A DNA stretch of 64,000 nt from an uncultured Bacillota bacterium (GCA_963804645.1 CAWDRG010000009.1:416001-480000); one strand, 5' to 3'. Shown: positions 9,354 through 18,985, counted from the stretch's first letter. Program-made: numbers and translations. The notes: generated by a model from the letters alone, not told the origin.

Positions 9354-10076
9354 CTACCGCGCCGGCCCGAGGCTCCGGCCCAACCCCGCGAGGCTCGGGG
9401 CGGCGGCCATCAGCACGATCACGACCAGCAGCGCGGGCAGCAGGTTGGCCGCTCGAACCGCGCGCACGCGGAGCAGCGTCAGGCCGATGCCGAGGACCAG
9501 CACCCCGCCGGTTGCCGTGAACTCGCGGGTGACGTCCGGCGTCATCACCGCCTGCGCGGCCTGCGCCAGCAGCGTCAGCGCGCCCTGGTACACGAGGATC
9601 GTCCCCGCCGATAAGAGGACCCCGACGCCGAGCGCCGCACCGATCGCCAGCGACGACACGCCGTCCAGCATGGACTTCGTGTAGAGCAGCGTCGGCGGCT
9701 GGCCGAGCCCCGCCTGAATGCTGCCGAGGATGGTGAGCGGCCCCACGCAGAACAAGAGCGAGCTCGTCACGAACGCGCGCGCAAACGTGCCCTGCTCGCC
9801 CGGGCTTGCGAGGCGCGCTTCCGCCCACGCGCCCAGGCGCTCCAGGCCGCCCTCGATCCCGACCGCCTCGCCGATCCACCCGCCGGCGACGACGCTCAGG
9901 ATCACGACCAGCACGTTGTGGGTGCCGAGCGCCATCTGCATCCCGAGCACCAGCGTGACGAGGCCGATGCCCTGCATGGCGATGTCGCGCATCCGCTCCG
10001 GGATGCGGCGCCGCAGCGCCACGCCGAGCACGCCGCCCGCGAGCACGCTGAGCGCATTGACGATCGTCCCCAGCAC
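9354..10076 (-). CDS. DUF554-family membrane protein
   Basis: MLGTIVNA N-terminus, SLLFCVGPLTILGS, KSMLDG, YQG, NLLPAL motifs. Confidence 0.88.
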   Translation of the reverse strand: MLGTIVNALSVLAGGVLGVALRRRIPERMRDIAMQGIGLVTLVLGMQMALGTHNVLVVILSVVAGGWIGEAVGIEGGLERLGAWAEARLASPGEQGTFARAFVTSSLLFCVGPLTILGSIQAGLGQPPTLLYTKSMLDGVSSLAIGAALGVGVLLSAGTILVYQGALTLLAQAAQAVMTPDVTREFTATGGVLVLGIGLTLLRVRAVRAANLLPALLVVIVLMAAAPSLAGLGRSLGPAR

Positions 10077-10080
10077 GCGG

Positions 10081-10656
10081 CTACGCGGCCGACCGGATCA
10101 TCTCGAGAAAGTACCGGTGGACCCGGTCATCCTGTGCCAGCTCCGGGTGGAACGACGACACCAGGAGCCGCCCTTGGCGCGCCAGCACCGGCCGGCCGTT
10201 GAGCGACGCGAGCACCGTGACCCCGGGCCCGACCTCCTCGATGACCGGCGCACGGATAAACACCGCGTGCAGCGGCGGCGGCCCGAACGCCGGCACGTCC
10301 AAGTCCGTTTCGAACGAGTCGACCTGGCGGCCGTACGCGTTCCGCTCCACCGCGATGTCCATCAGACGGAGCAGCGGCGGCTCTCCCCCGCGCGCGGTCC
10401 GCGCGAGCAGGATCATCCCGGCGCACGTGCCGTACACGGCCATCCCCTGACCGACCCTGACCGGGATCGCGCGGTCGAGGCCGAACTCGACCATGAGCTT
10501 GCCGATGGTCGTCGACTCACCGCCCGGGATGATCAGCCCGTCCACCCGCGCCAGCTCCTCGGGGAGGCGAATCTCCGGGGCCTCGACGCCGAGGCCCCGG
10601 AGCATCTTGCGGTGCTCGATCACATCCCCCTGGAGCGCCAGGACACCTACGTTCAC
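10081..10656 (-). CDS. pdxT: pyridoxal 5'-phosphate synthase glutaminase subunit
   Basis: GVLALQG, PGGESTT, GTCAG, FIRAP, FHPEL. Confidence 0.97.
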   Translation of the reverse strand: MNVGVLALQGDVIEHRKMLRGLGVEAPEIRLPEELARVDGLIIPGGESTTIGKLMVEFGLDRAIPVRVGQGMAVYGTCAGMILLARTARGGEPPLLRLMDIAVERNAYGRQVDSFETDLDVPAFGPPPLHAVFIRAPVIEEVGPGVTVLASLNGRPVLARQGRLLVSSFHPELAQDDRVHRYFLEMIRSAA

Positions 10657-10686
10657 AGGTCGCGAAGACCTCCGGCCTCGATGCCG

Positions 10687-11571
10687 CTACCAGCCGCGGG
10701 TCTGCAGCAGTTCGGCCTCGGGAAGCTTGCGAATGTCGAGGCCCCGCATCGCGTCGCCGATCCCCTCGGAGACGCGGGCGATCACGTCCGCGTCGCGGAA
10801 GTGAGTCGTCGCCTCCACGATCGCCTTCGCGCGCTTCGCCGGATCGTTCGACTTGAAGATGCCGGAGCCGACGAAGTTGCCGTCGCATCCCAGCTGCATC
10901 ATCATCGCCGCGTCGGCCGGCGTCGCGAGGCCGCCCGCCGAGAAGTTCACGACCGGCAGCCGCCCGAGAGCGCGGGTCTCCACGACGAGATCGTAGGGCG
11001 CCCCGAGCTCCTTGGCAACCGTCATCAGCTCCTCCTCGGGAGTGCCCTGGAGCTGCCGGATTCCGTCCATCACCGAGCGCATGTGGCGCACCGCCTCCAC
11101 CACGTTCCCGGTGCCGGCTTCGCCCTTCGTGCGAATCATCGCCGCGCCTTCGCCGATCCGGCGGAGCGCCTCGCCCAGATCGCGGCAGCCGCAGACGAAC
11201 GGCACCTTGAACAGGTGCTTGTTGATGTGATAGCGCTCGTCCGCCGGCGTGAGGACCTCGCTCTCGTCGATGTAATCAATGCCGAGCGCTTCCAGCACCT
11301 GGGCCTCGACGAAGTGTCCGATCCGGGCTTTCGCCATCACCGGGATCGTCACGGCCTCCATGATCTCTTTGATCTTGACCGGATCCGACATGCGCGCGAC
11401 CCCGCCCTCCGCGCGAATGTCGGCGGGCACGCGCTCGAGGGCCATGACCGCGCATGCGCCGGCGTCCTCCGCGATCTTCGCCTGCTCGGCGTTCGTCACG
11501 TCCATGATGACGCCGCCCTTGAGCATCTGCGCGAGCCCACGCTTCAGCTTCACCGTGCCAACATCTGCCAT
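10687..11571 (-). CDS. pdxS: pyridoxal 5'-phosphate synthase lyase subunit
   Basis: [35 protein letters not shown]-terminal RGW. Confidence 0.98.
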   Translation of the reverse strand: MADVGTVKLKRGLAQMLKGGVIMDVTNAEQAKIAEDAGACAVMALERVPADIRAEGGVARMSDPVKIKEIMEAVTIPVMAKARIGHFVEAQVLEALGIDYIDESEVLTPADERYHINKHLFKVPFVCGCRDLGEALRRIGEGAAMIRTKGEAGTGNVVEAVRHMRSVMDGIRQLQGTPEEELMTVAKELGAPYDLVVETRALGRLPVVNFSAGGLATPADAAMMMQLGCDGNFVGSGIFKSNDPAKRAKAIVEATTHFRDADVIARVSEGIGDAMRGLDIRKLPEAELLQTRGW

Positions 11572-11629
11572 CGGTGCACCTCCTCGAGTGCTGGCCAGCG
11601 TTCTGCGAGCCGTGGTCGCGCCCGCACGG

Positions 11630-12199
11630 TCAGCCTGCCTGTCCGTTCAGTCCCAACTGCGGCGCGATCGGCCGCAGCGCTTCGATGACAAACGCAATGT
11701 GCTCGTCAAGCGGCACACCGAGCTCCTCGGCGCCGCGCACAATGTCCTCGCGATGCACGCCGCGGGCGAACGCCTTATCTTTCATCTTCTTCCTGACCGC
11801 GGAGACGTCGACGTCCTCCAGCGACCGCGAGGGTCGCACGAGCGCCACGGCGATCACGAACCCGGAGAGCTCGTCCGCGGAGTAGAGCGCCCGCTCCATG
11901 GGGCTCTCGCGCGGGACCCCGCTGTAATCCGCGTGCGTCAGGATGGCGCGGCAGATCGGCTCCGAAACCCCGCGGGCCCGAAGCAGCTCGACCCCTGCGA
12001 ACGGATGGCCCGCCTCCTGCGAGGGATGGCGCTCGTAGTCGAGGTCGTGGAGGAGCCCCACCACGCCCCACAGCTCCTCATCCTCGCCGAACTTTCTCGC
12101 ATATGCGCGCATCACCGCCTCGACCGCAAGCATATGCTTCAGCAACGTCGCCGAAGAAGTCTGCTCCGACAGGATCGCCCACGCATCGTCTCTATTCAT
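11630..12199 (-). CDS. HD-domain (HDIG-type) hydrolase
   Basis: [34 protein letters not shown]. Confidence 0.87.
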   Translation of the reverse strand: MNRDDAWAILSEQTSSATLLKHMLAVEAVMRAYARKFGEDEELWGVVGLLHDLDYERHPSQEAGHPFAGVELLRARGVSEPICRAILTHADYSGVPRESPMERALYSADELSGFVIAVALVRPSRSLEDVDVSAVRKKMKDKAFARGVHREDIVRGAEELGVPLDEHIAFVIEALRPIAPQLGLNGQAG

Positions 12200-12240
12200 A
12201 CTTCTCCCTATGCCGTCCTATGTGTTCCTAGGTACACCGG

Positions 12241-12269
12241 TTGACGCAACTCGGCCCATTGGATATATT
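12241..12269 (+). promoter_or_regulatory. sigma70-type promoter for the MocR regulator
   Basis: TTGACG-N17-TATATT; an opposite-strand TTGACA at 12298-12293 suggests an overlapping divergent promoter for the HD-pdxST operon. Confidence 0.55.
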
Positions 12270-12340
12270 TCATATAATTCGTGGGTACGATCTGTCAATA
12301 TTCATAGTTACACTGATGTCGCGATTCTTGAGGCGTTCCT

Positions 12341-13873
12341 ATGGACATCGACTTGTCCCGAGGCACTGAAACCCCGCTCTACCGGCAGCTGCAGTCCGCC
12401 CTCTCGCGACGGATCAAATCTGGAGACCTCAAGCATGGCTCTCGGCTCCTATCGGTCCGGGCGATGGCCAAGGACCTCGGAGTCAGCCTCATCACCGTGG
12501 TACAGGCGTACGACGCGCTTGCCGCGGACGGGTTGGTCCACGCCTCAGTCGGCACCGGGACGTTCGTCGGAAGCCCCACCGCGACGCCCTCCTCGGACAC
12601 GATCGCTCGCGACGGCGGCTGGGTCGCGGAGCTCGGCGAGACCGAGTGGCAGACGGCGCTCCCGACGTACCTGAGCGCGCCACGCACCGCGTCGATGCAG
12701 TCGCTCCTCAGGCCGGCCAGAAGGTCCGGTATCATCTCGCTCACCAGCGGCTCACCCGATCCCAGCCTATTTCCTGTTCGTGCGCTGGGGCGTCTTTGGC
12801 ACAGAGCGATGGTTGTAGACGATCCGAGGAGCCTCCAATACGGCACGCCGCAGGGCGACCTGCACCTAAGAGCGTGGATCGCGACGCACTGCAGCGCGGC
12901 TGGCATCCCCTCTCTGCCGGACGACATCCTGATCACGTCAGGGGTCCAGCAGGCCATCGACCTGGTGGCGAGGACCTTTGTCGGTCCGGGAGATTACGTA
13001 CTGGTCGAGAGCCCCACGTTCCTGACCGCGCTCGACATCTTCGACGGCCGCGGTGCGAAGCTGCTGGGGGTTCCGGTGGACTCGGAAGGCATGCGGGTTG
13101 ATATCGCCGCGAGCTTGGTGGAGCGGTTCCGTCCAAAGCTCATTTATTCGATCCCCACGGCCCACAATCCGACGGGCACGACGATGTCAGAAGGCCGCCG
13201 CCGTCAGCTGGCCGACCTCGCAAGACAGCGCAATCTGCTCGTGCTCGAGGACGACAGCTGCAGCGAATTCACCTACGACGGCGACGCCCCTCCCGCGGTC
13301 AAGGCCTTCGACAGGGGCGGCCACGTGGTTTTCATCAAGGGGTTCTCGAAGACCGTCGTCCCGGGGCTGCGCGTCGGCGGAATGGTTGCGCACGGCCCGC
13401 TGATGACCCGCCTGACCGAGTCCAAGTCGCTGGTGGACCGGTTTACCTCCCCGATGATTCAGGGGACGCTGTGGCGCTATCTATCGGCGAGGCAGTATCA
13501 GCGCGATCTCGAGACCGCCAGGGGGGTATATCGCCGGAGGCGAGACACCGTGCTCCGGGCGTTAGGAGAGCTCATGCCTCGGGAGATCACCTGGACCGTC
13601 CCCGCTGCCGGATTCAATCTCTGGATAAATCTCCCGAGGTCGATTTCCTCCGCCGAGGCGTTTGAGCAGGCGCTGAAAGAAGGCGTGGCGTGCGGGTTTG
13701 GCGATCTCTTCCTGGCTCAGGCGCCCCCGCCAAATGGGCTTCGGATCTCGTTCGCCGATAAGCCGGAGCAGATTCTCGAAGAGGGAATCAGAAGGCTCGC
13801 GGCCGGAATGCGGAAGCTCCTCGACGATGAACTCGGAAGGACCCAGGAGACTGATTTCGTTACCGCAGTCTAG
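12341..13873 (+). CDS. MocR/GabR-family PLP-dependent transcriptional regulator (PdxR-like by context)
   Basis: GntR wHTH (LSVRAMAKDLGVSLITVVQAY) plus aminotransferase domain with EDD and FSKT..PGLRVG PLP lysine; divergent from pdxST. Confidence 0.9.
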   Translation: MDIDLSRGTETPLYRQLQSALSRRIKSGDLKHGSRLLSVRAMAKDLGVSLITVVQAYDALAADGLVHASVGTGTFVGSPTATPSSDTIARDGGWVAELGETEWQTALPTYLSAPRTASMQSLLRPARRSGIISLTSGSPDPSLFPVRALGRLWHRAMVVDDPRSLQYGTPQGDLHLRAWIATHCSAAGIPSLPDDILITSGVQQAIDLVARTFVGPGDYVLVESPTFLTALDIFDGRGAKLLGVPVDSEGMRVDIAASLVERFRPKLIYSIPTAHNPTGTTMSEGRRRQLADLARQRNLLVLEDDSCSEFTYDGDAPPAVKAFDRGGHVVFIKGFSKTVVPGLRVGGMVAHGPLMTRLTESKSLVDRFTSPMIQGTLWRYLSARQYQRDLETARGVYRRRRDTVLRALGELMPREITWTVPAAGFNLWINLPRSISSAEAFEQALKEGVACGFGDLFLAQAPPPNGLRISFADKPEQILEEGIRRLAAGMRKLLDDELGRTQETDFVTAV

Positions 13874-13904
13874 GACCCGGCTTGGGACGTTGGTTCCACG
13901 AAAC

Positions 13905-14753
13905 CTAGCGCATCAGAATATCGATCACTCGTTCGAGATCAGTCTCCGAATAGAAGCTGAGCTGGATCGATCCAGTTTTCCCATTCTTGGAGATCGTTGC
14001 GGTCGTAGAGTAGCGCTCGCTGATCTGTCTCGCAAGATCGAGCAGCTCCGGATCCTGCGACTTCGACGGCTTGCGTGTTTCACGTGAAACATTCCTCGCG
14101 GAGGCCTTGCTCAGCTCTTCCGTCTCTCTAACGGTGAGCCCTCGCTCCTCCACGGCTTTCCACGCGGCGAGCAGCGCCGCCCGGTCCTGGATGGTCAGGA
14201 GAGCCCTCCCGTGTCCCTCGGAGATCCTCCCCCGGCTGATCGCGGCCTGGATTTCGCTCGGGAGTTCCAAGAGGCGGATCGTGTTCGCGATAGAGGGCCG
14301 GCTGCTCCCGACCACCTCCGAGATCTCCTCCTGGGTCATGCCAAACTCATCGCTGAGTCTTCGATAGGCGGTGGCGCGCTCGATCGCGTTGAGATCCTCG
14401 CGGCGGAGATTCTCGATGAGCGCGAGCTCGAGCATCTCTCGTTCAGACAACTCTCTAATCACCGCGGGGACGCTCGACAGCCCGGCGGACTGCGCGGCAC
14501 GCCACCGTCGCTCGCCTGCCACGAGCTCGTAGCCAGCGCCGGCCCGTCTCGCGATGATCGGCTGGATCACTCCATGGCGCCGAACGGACGCCACGAGGTC
14601 GTCGAACTCCGGCCCCGAGATGTCTCGACGCGGCTGATATGGATTGGGGGATATCCTCGACAGTTCGATCTCCGAAACCGCTCCCTGCGGTGCCGCGTCC
14701 TCAGCCCCAGGAATGAGCGCGCCAAGCCCTCGGCCAAGACCCCGTCTGGTCAT
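13905..14753 (-). CDS. parB: chromosome partitioning protein ParB/Spo0J
   Basis: GLGRGLGALI N-terminus, NPYQPR, GERRWRA, LIENL.REDLN, HTH. Confidence 0.97.
   Translation of the reverse strand: MTRRGLGRGLGALIPGAEDAAPQGAVSEIELSRISPNPYQPRRDISGPEFDDLVASVRRHGVIQPIIARRAGAGYELVAGERRWRAAQSAGLSSVPAVIRELSEREMLELALIENLRREDLNAIERATAYRRLSDEFGMTQEEISEVVGSSRPSIANTIRLLELPSEIQAAISRGRISEGHGRALLTIQDRAALLAAWKAVEERGLTVRETEELSKASARNVSRETRKPSKSQDPELLDLARQISERYSTTATISKNGKTGSIQLSFYSETDLERVIDILMR
14076..14091. promoter_or_regulatory. parS centromere site
   Basis: Perfect palindrome TGTTTCACGTGAAACA inside parB (encodes NVSRET). Confidence 0.95.
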
Positions 14754-15595
14754 TTGATGCCTCCTCGCTCGTCTGGTGTCCGGTGAGCGCTCCCATGTGA
14801 ACGCTCGGCAGCCCTCAGATCCCCACCGCGTTCCGCAAGTCTCGCGATCAGTTCCTTCGCCAGGGCGGCATACGCCTCAGCTCCTCGGGACGATGGCGCG
14901 TACGAAAGCACGGGCTGGCCGTAGCTGGGCGCCTCCGCGAGCCGCACGCTCCTTGGAATTTCGGTCGAGAATACCAGACCGGGAAAATGCCCCCGGACGT
15001 CGGCCGCGACCTGCTCAGAAAGCTTCGTTCTCGGATCCACCATCGTGAGCACGATGCCCACGACGCCGAGCGCAGGATTGAGGTGCCGCCGAACCAGCGC
15101 GATCGTGTCCATGAGCTGAGCAAGCCCCTCCAGCGCGTAGAACTCGCACTGGAGCGGGATGAGACAGGCTTCCGCTGCCGTCAACGCGTTGACCGTCAGG
15201 AGTCCGAGCGACGGCGGACAATCGATCAACACGAAGTCGTACGCGCTCTCGACGCCTCGCAAGGACGCACGCAGCTTGCCTTCGCGGGCGATCTGCGGGA
15301 CCAACTCGACCTCCGCGCCAGCCAGCCGCACGTCCGATGCAAGAATATCGAGACCAGCAATCGCGGTGGAGACGATCGCGCGCTCGGCGCGCTGCTCGCC
15401 GACGACCACGTCGTAGGTAGCCACGGCGAGACCGGACTTGCTAATGCCGACTCCGCTCGTCGAGTTCCCTTGCGGATCCATGTCGACGATGAGTACGCGA
15501 GTGGCCGACTGAGCGAGGTACGCGCCGAGGTTGATGGCAGTAGTCGACTTGCCCACGCCGCCTTTTTGATTCACGATCGCGAATATGTGCCCCGT
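14750..15595 (-). CDS. parA: chromosome partitioning ATPase ParA/Soj (probable ACG start)
   Basis: NQKGGVGKSTT deviant Walker A, DMDPQGN, IDCPPSLG; reading extends to ACG at 15595 giving (M)GHIFAIVNQKGG; in-frame stop at 15616-15614. Confidence 0.95.
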   Translation of the reverse strand, partial: TGHIFAIVNQKGGVGKSTTAINLGAYLAQSATRVLIVDMDPQGNSTSGVGISKSGLAVATYDVVVGEQRAERAIVSTAIAGLDILASDVRLAGAEVELVPQIAREGKLRASLRGVESAYDFVLIDCPPSLGLLTVNALTAAEACLIPLQCEFYALEGLAQLMDTIALVRRHLNPALGVVGIVLTMVDPRTKLSEQVAADVRGHFPGLVFSTEIPRSVRLAEAPSYGQPVLSYAPSSRGAEAYAALAKELIARLAERGGDLRAAERSHGSAHRTPDERGGIK

Positions 15596-15817
15596 GTGAG
15601 TGTGCTCTCTCTTTCAGCGGAGAATGGAGTTACCGACCACCAGTTCCCCGATCTTCATTAAAGTCCTCCAGTCCACTCGGGTTATAATCATATATATAAT
15701 AGCGTAGATACTGTGTTTTATTGTATATCAATGGGTGGCGAGTCGCTCGGACAAAGAGTGGGGGAAGGGTGGACATTCGAGAGCATCGTTGGAACGCGAT
15801 CGGACGTCGTGCAGCGC

Positions 15818-16516
15818 TTACATCGGGCTCCGCTCGGCAAGGCCTGCCCGTCGAGGATAGTCATCCGGCGTGGGCGAGAGTTTTGTGACGACGATCACCG
15901 TGGGACCGCCGCCGGGAACGGGCGCGAACGCACCGGCGGCGCCGCCGAGAATCTCGAGTGCCCGCGCGGCCGCGGCGAGTTCACGGGACGCCGCCCGTCC
16001 TTTCGGAAATACGCCAATGCCACCGACCCGCAGGAGCGGCAGCGCATATTCGGCGAGCACGCGCAGGTCCGCGAGCGCCCGCGCCGTCACCACGTCGTAC
16101 CGGGCCCGGTGTCCCGGCTCTCGTCCGAGCGCTTCGGCGCGCGCGCAGACCACCTCGGTGTTCGAGAGCCCGAGCTCGCGGACGGCGATCTCCAGAAACC
16201 CGGCTTTCTTCCGAGACGCTTCCACCAGCACGATGCGCGCGAGGGGGCGCAGGATCGCGGCGAGAATCCCCGGCACCCCGGCGCCGCTGCCGAGATCCGC
16301 GACCACACCCGTCTCGGGCAAGAACGGGATGACGTCGAGGCCTCCGACGACCAGGATGCGCGCCGCCTCGTCCCGCGTGCGCGCGCCGGTGAGCCGCAGC
16401 CGGCCGCTCCACTCCACGACAAGATCAAGGTAGCGCGAAAGTGCGGCGAACTGAACGGGGGAGAGCGAGATCCCAAGGGCCGCGGCGCCGGACTCGACGA
16501 CCCGGTCCTCGGTCAC
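15818..16516 (-). CDS. rsmG: 16S rRNA (guanine(527)-N7)-methyltransferase
   Basis: DLGSGAGVPG, RKKAGFL, RAE, YDVVTARA, YPRRAG; conserved position next to parA. Confidence 0.93.
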   Translation of the reverse strand: MTEDRVVESGAAALGISLSPVQFAALSRYLDLVVEWSGRLRLTGARTRDEAARILVVGGLDVIPFLPETGVVADLGSGAGVPGILAAILRPLARIVLVEASRKKAGFLEIAVRELGLSNTEVVCARAEALGREPGHRARYDVVTARALADLRVLAEYALPLLRVGGIGVFPKGRAASRELAAAARALEILGGAAGAFAPVPGGGPTVIVVTKLSPTPDDYPRRAGLAERSPM

Positions 16517-16528
16517 AGACGCGAACGA

Positions 16529-17287
16529 TCAGTCCTGCGGCGCTTCGGGATCGTCGGAACGATCGAGGTCTTCCGCGAGGACGCCCGACTCGGGGCCCGC
16601 GGCGGTTTCCGCGCCGCGCAGCCCGACGACGACGTGACGGTCCGCGCCGTCGCCCTCACTGTGGGTGGCGACGCCCTCGTCGTCCGCGAGGACGGTGTGG
16701 ATCACGCGCCGCTCGGAGGCCGACATCGGCTCGAGCGGCACCGACTCGCCGGTACGGCGCACCCGATCCGCCGTGCGGTGCGCCAGCGCGGTGAGGGCCT
16801 CTCGCCGCCGCTCGCGGTACCGCTCCGCGTCCACCACCACGGGCACGCGCCGTCCCATCCGTCGCGAGACCATCATGTTCACCAGGAGGTCGAGCGCTTC
16901 CAAGGTCTGGCCGTGCCGTCCGATCAGCGGCGCGAGGTTGGCCCCGGTGATCGTCACCAGCACGGCCCCGTCATCCTCACGCACGTTGATGGCGCCGCGA
17001 AAGCCCATGGCGCCGATCAGGGCGGAGGTCACGCTGCGGGCCGCCGCGAGCGGATCGTCGCCGGTCTCGGCCTCGGGGCCCGGCGTCGCCTCGTCTTCCT
17101 CCGGCTCGCCCTCCGCCGAGAGGAGCGTCAGGCGGACGCGCGCCTCACGAGACCCCAGTCCCAGGACGCCGCGGTTTCCCTCGTCGAGCACCATGAGGTC
17201 GACGTCGTCCCGCTTCGCGCCGAGCACGCGCAGCGCGTCTCGAATCGCCTCTTCGACGGTGCGCCCCGCCCCCTCCGCTGATTTCAC
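16529..17287 (-). CDS. jag: RNA-binding protein Jag/EloR/KhpB (Jag_N, KH, R3H)
   Basis: GRTVEEAI Jag_N, LIGRHGQTLEAL KH, ERRVIH R3H. Confidence 0.94.
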   Translation of the reverse strand: MKSAEGAGRTVEEAIRDALRVLGAKRDDVDLMVLDEGNRGVLGLGSREARVRLTLLSAEGEPEEDEATPGPEAETGDDPLAAARSVTSALIGAMGFRGAINVREDDGAVLVTITGANLAPLIGRHGQTLEALDLLVNMMVSRRMGRRVPVVVDAERYRERRREALTALAHRTADRVRRTGESVPLEPMSASERRVIHTVLADDEGVATHSEGDGADRHVVVGLRGAETAAGPESGVLAEDLDRSDDPEAPQD

Positions 17288-18135
17288 GAGCGTCTCGCCC
17301 CCTTCTTGCGCCGCGGCGCCCCCTGCGGCCGCACGCCCCCGCTCGGCTTCGGCGGGTTCCCCGCAGGGGCTTTCGGCAGTTGGGGCTGCGTCGCCGGCTG
17401 CCCGGGCAGCGCAACGCCCACGGCCTGCGTCTGGGACTTTGGCGGCGCGCTCGCCATCGGGTTCGGGCGTCCGACGACGAGGAAGTACTCCCCGATATAC
17501 GCGACCGTGTTGACGACCCAGTAAATCGAGAGCCCGAGCGGGTACAGCATCGCGAAGTAGCCGATCATGATCGGCATCAGAATCAACATCTGGGCCTGGC
17601 TCGGATCCGTGACCGTCAGGCGCTGCTGGTACCAGGTGGTCGCCGCGACCAGCAGCGGAAAGATCAGGACGACGAGCGTCAGCGGATGCGTGGTGAATTG
17701 CCCGAGCATGCGGCTCGGGACCTCGTCCAGCCGCAGCGACGGGATCCCGAATAGGGTCGCGTTCGCGAACAGGTTCTTCGTGTAGAACAGCAGACGCGTG
17801 AGCGCGAACAGGATCGGCATCTGCACCAGGATCGGCAGACAGCCGCCAAAGGGGTTCACGTTGTGCGCCCGGTACAGCGCCATCGTGGCGGCCTGCAGAC
17901 CTTGGCGGTCGTCCTTGTACTTCTGCTGCAGCGCCTTGATGTGCGGACCGAGCACCTGCATGGCCTTCATGGACCGCAGCTGGACGCGGGTCAGCGGGTG
18001 CAGGACGAGCTTGACCACAAGCGTCATCAGCACGATCGCCAAGGCGAGATCGTGCGTGTAGCCGTAAAAGAAATTCAGCAGGCCGTGGAGTGCGTTTACG
18101 ATCGGACTCAACGCCTGGCCGAAAAACTGGAACAC
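17284..18135 (-). CDS. yidC: membrane protein insertase YidC/Oxa1 (short, Gram-positive type)
   Basis: NPFGGCLPILVQMPIL, PLGLSIYW; basic C-terminal tail; no large periplasmic domain. Confidence 0.95.
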   Translation of the reverse strand: MFQFFGQALSPIVNALHGLLNFFYGYTHDLALAIVLMTLVVKLVLHPLTRVQLRSMKAMQVLGPHIKALQQKYKDDRQGLQAATMALYRAHNVNPFGGCLPILVQMPILFALTRLLFYTKNLFANATLFGIPSLRLDEVPSRMLGQFTTHPLTLVVLIFPLLVAATTWYQQRLTVTDPSQAQMLILMPIMIGYFAMLYPLGLSIYWVVNTVAYIGEYFLVVGRPNPMASAPPKSQTQAVGVALPGQPATQPQLPKAPAGNPPKPSGGVRPQGAPRRKKGARRS

Positions 18136-18169
18136 CTACCGCTCCTCCTCATCCCCGGCCGTGCCGGGG

Positions 18170-18391
18170 TCAGGGCACCGGGTCATAGCCGCCGGGATGC
18201 AGGGGATGACATCGCAACAACCGTCTGAGCGCGAGCCAGCCGCCCCGCAACACTCCGTGGCGAGCAATCGCCTCCGCCGCGTACTCCGAACAGGACGGGG
18301 AGAACCGGCACGAGGGAGCCATGTACCGCGAGATCCACCGCTGATAGAAGCGGATCGCGGCGACGCCCCATGTCCGTGCTGCCGGCGTCAT
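18170..18391 (-). CDS. yidD: membrane protein insertion efficiency factor
   Basis: [21 protein letters not shown]...[17 protein letters not shown] at 18391 overlaps rnpA stop. Confidence 0.95.
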   Translation of the reverse strand: MTPAARTWGVAAIRFYQRWISRYMAPSCRFSPSCSEYAAEAIARHGVLRGGWLALRRLLRCHPLHPGGYDPVP

Positions 18392-18771
18392 TACTCGCGC
18401 ACTCGCAGGATCTGCCCGGTCGCGCACAGCGCCTCCATCTCGGCTAAGATCTCCGAGAACCTCGCGTCCAGGGCTCTGGAGCGTGCGGCCAACACGACGT
18501 CTCCCCGACCAGAAAGGCGGCTCTTCAGCCGCCCAAACGCCTCGCGCAACCTCCGCTTGGCCCGGTTTCGCCGAGCCGCCCCACCCAGCTTTCGTCCCGC
18601 CGTCACGCCGACGCGCAGCGGCGCGTCGTGCGCCCGCACGTACAACACCAGGGTTTCGCCCGAAAAGCGGCGTCCCTCCCGGTAGACTCGCGCGAAATCG
18701 GCCCGGGTTCTGAGCCGCTCCCCGGACCGCCCGCGCCGGGTCGTCGTCTCCGACCCGCCGATCTCGGTCAG
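18391..18771 (-). CDS. rnpA: ribonuclease P protein component (probable CTG start)
   Basis: [19 protein letters not shown]-terminal motif and [20 protein letters not shown] motif in one frame; the only plausible start is CTG 18771, 5 nt after GGAG. Confidence 0.92.
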   Translation of the reverse strand: MTEIGGSETTTRRGRSGERLRTRADFARVYREGRRFSGETLVLYVRAHDAPLRVGVTAGRKLGGAARRNRAKRRLREAFGRLKSRLSGRGDVVLAARSRALDARFSEILAEMEALCATGQILRVRE

Positions 18772-18780
18772 AAATACTCC

Positions 18781-18918
18781 CTAGTCTGCAGCCAGCCGGC
18801 GTCGACCCCGAAGGCGTCGCCGTCGCAATACGTTCCGGCCGCCGGGGGTACGCATCCGAACGCGGAAGCCGTGCGTCTTGCTCCGGTGCCGGCGGTTCGG
18901 TTGGAATGTACGCTTCAC
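18781..18918 (-). CDS. rpmH: 50S ribosomal protein L34 (missed by ORF track)
   Basis: GTG start, [54 protein letters not shown]. Confidence 0.97.
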   Translation of the reverse strand: MKRTFQPNRRHRSKTHGFRVRMRTPGGRNVLRRRRLRGRRRLAAD

Positions 18919-18985
18919 CGAGCCGCCTCCTCTCATGACTCAGATCGGCGCCCCGCGCATGCGAGGTCGCCGATCGCCTGTGGAG

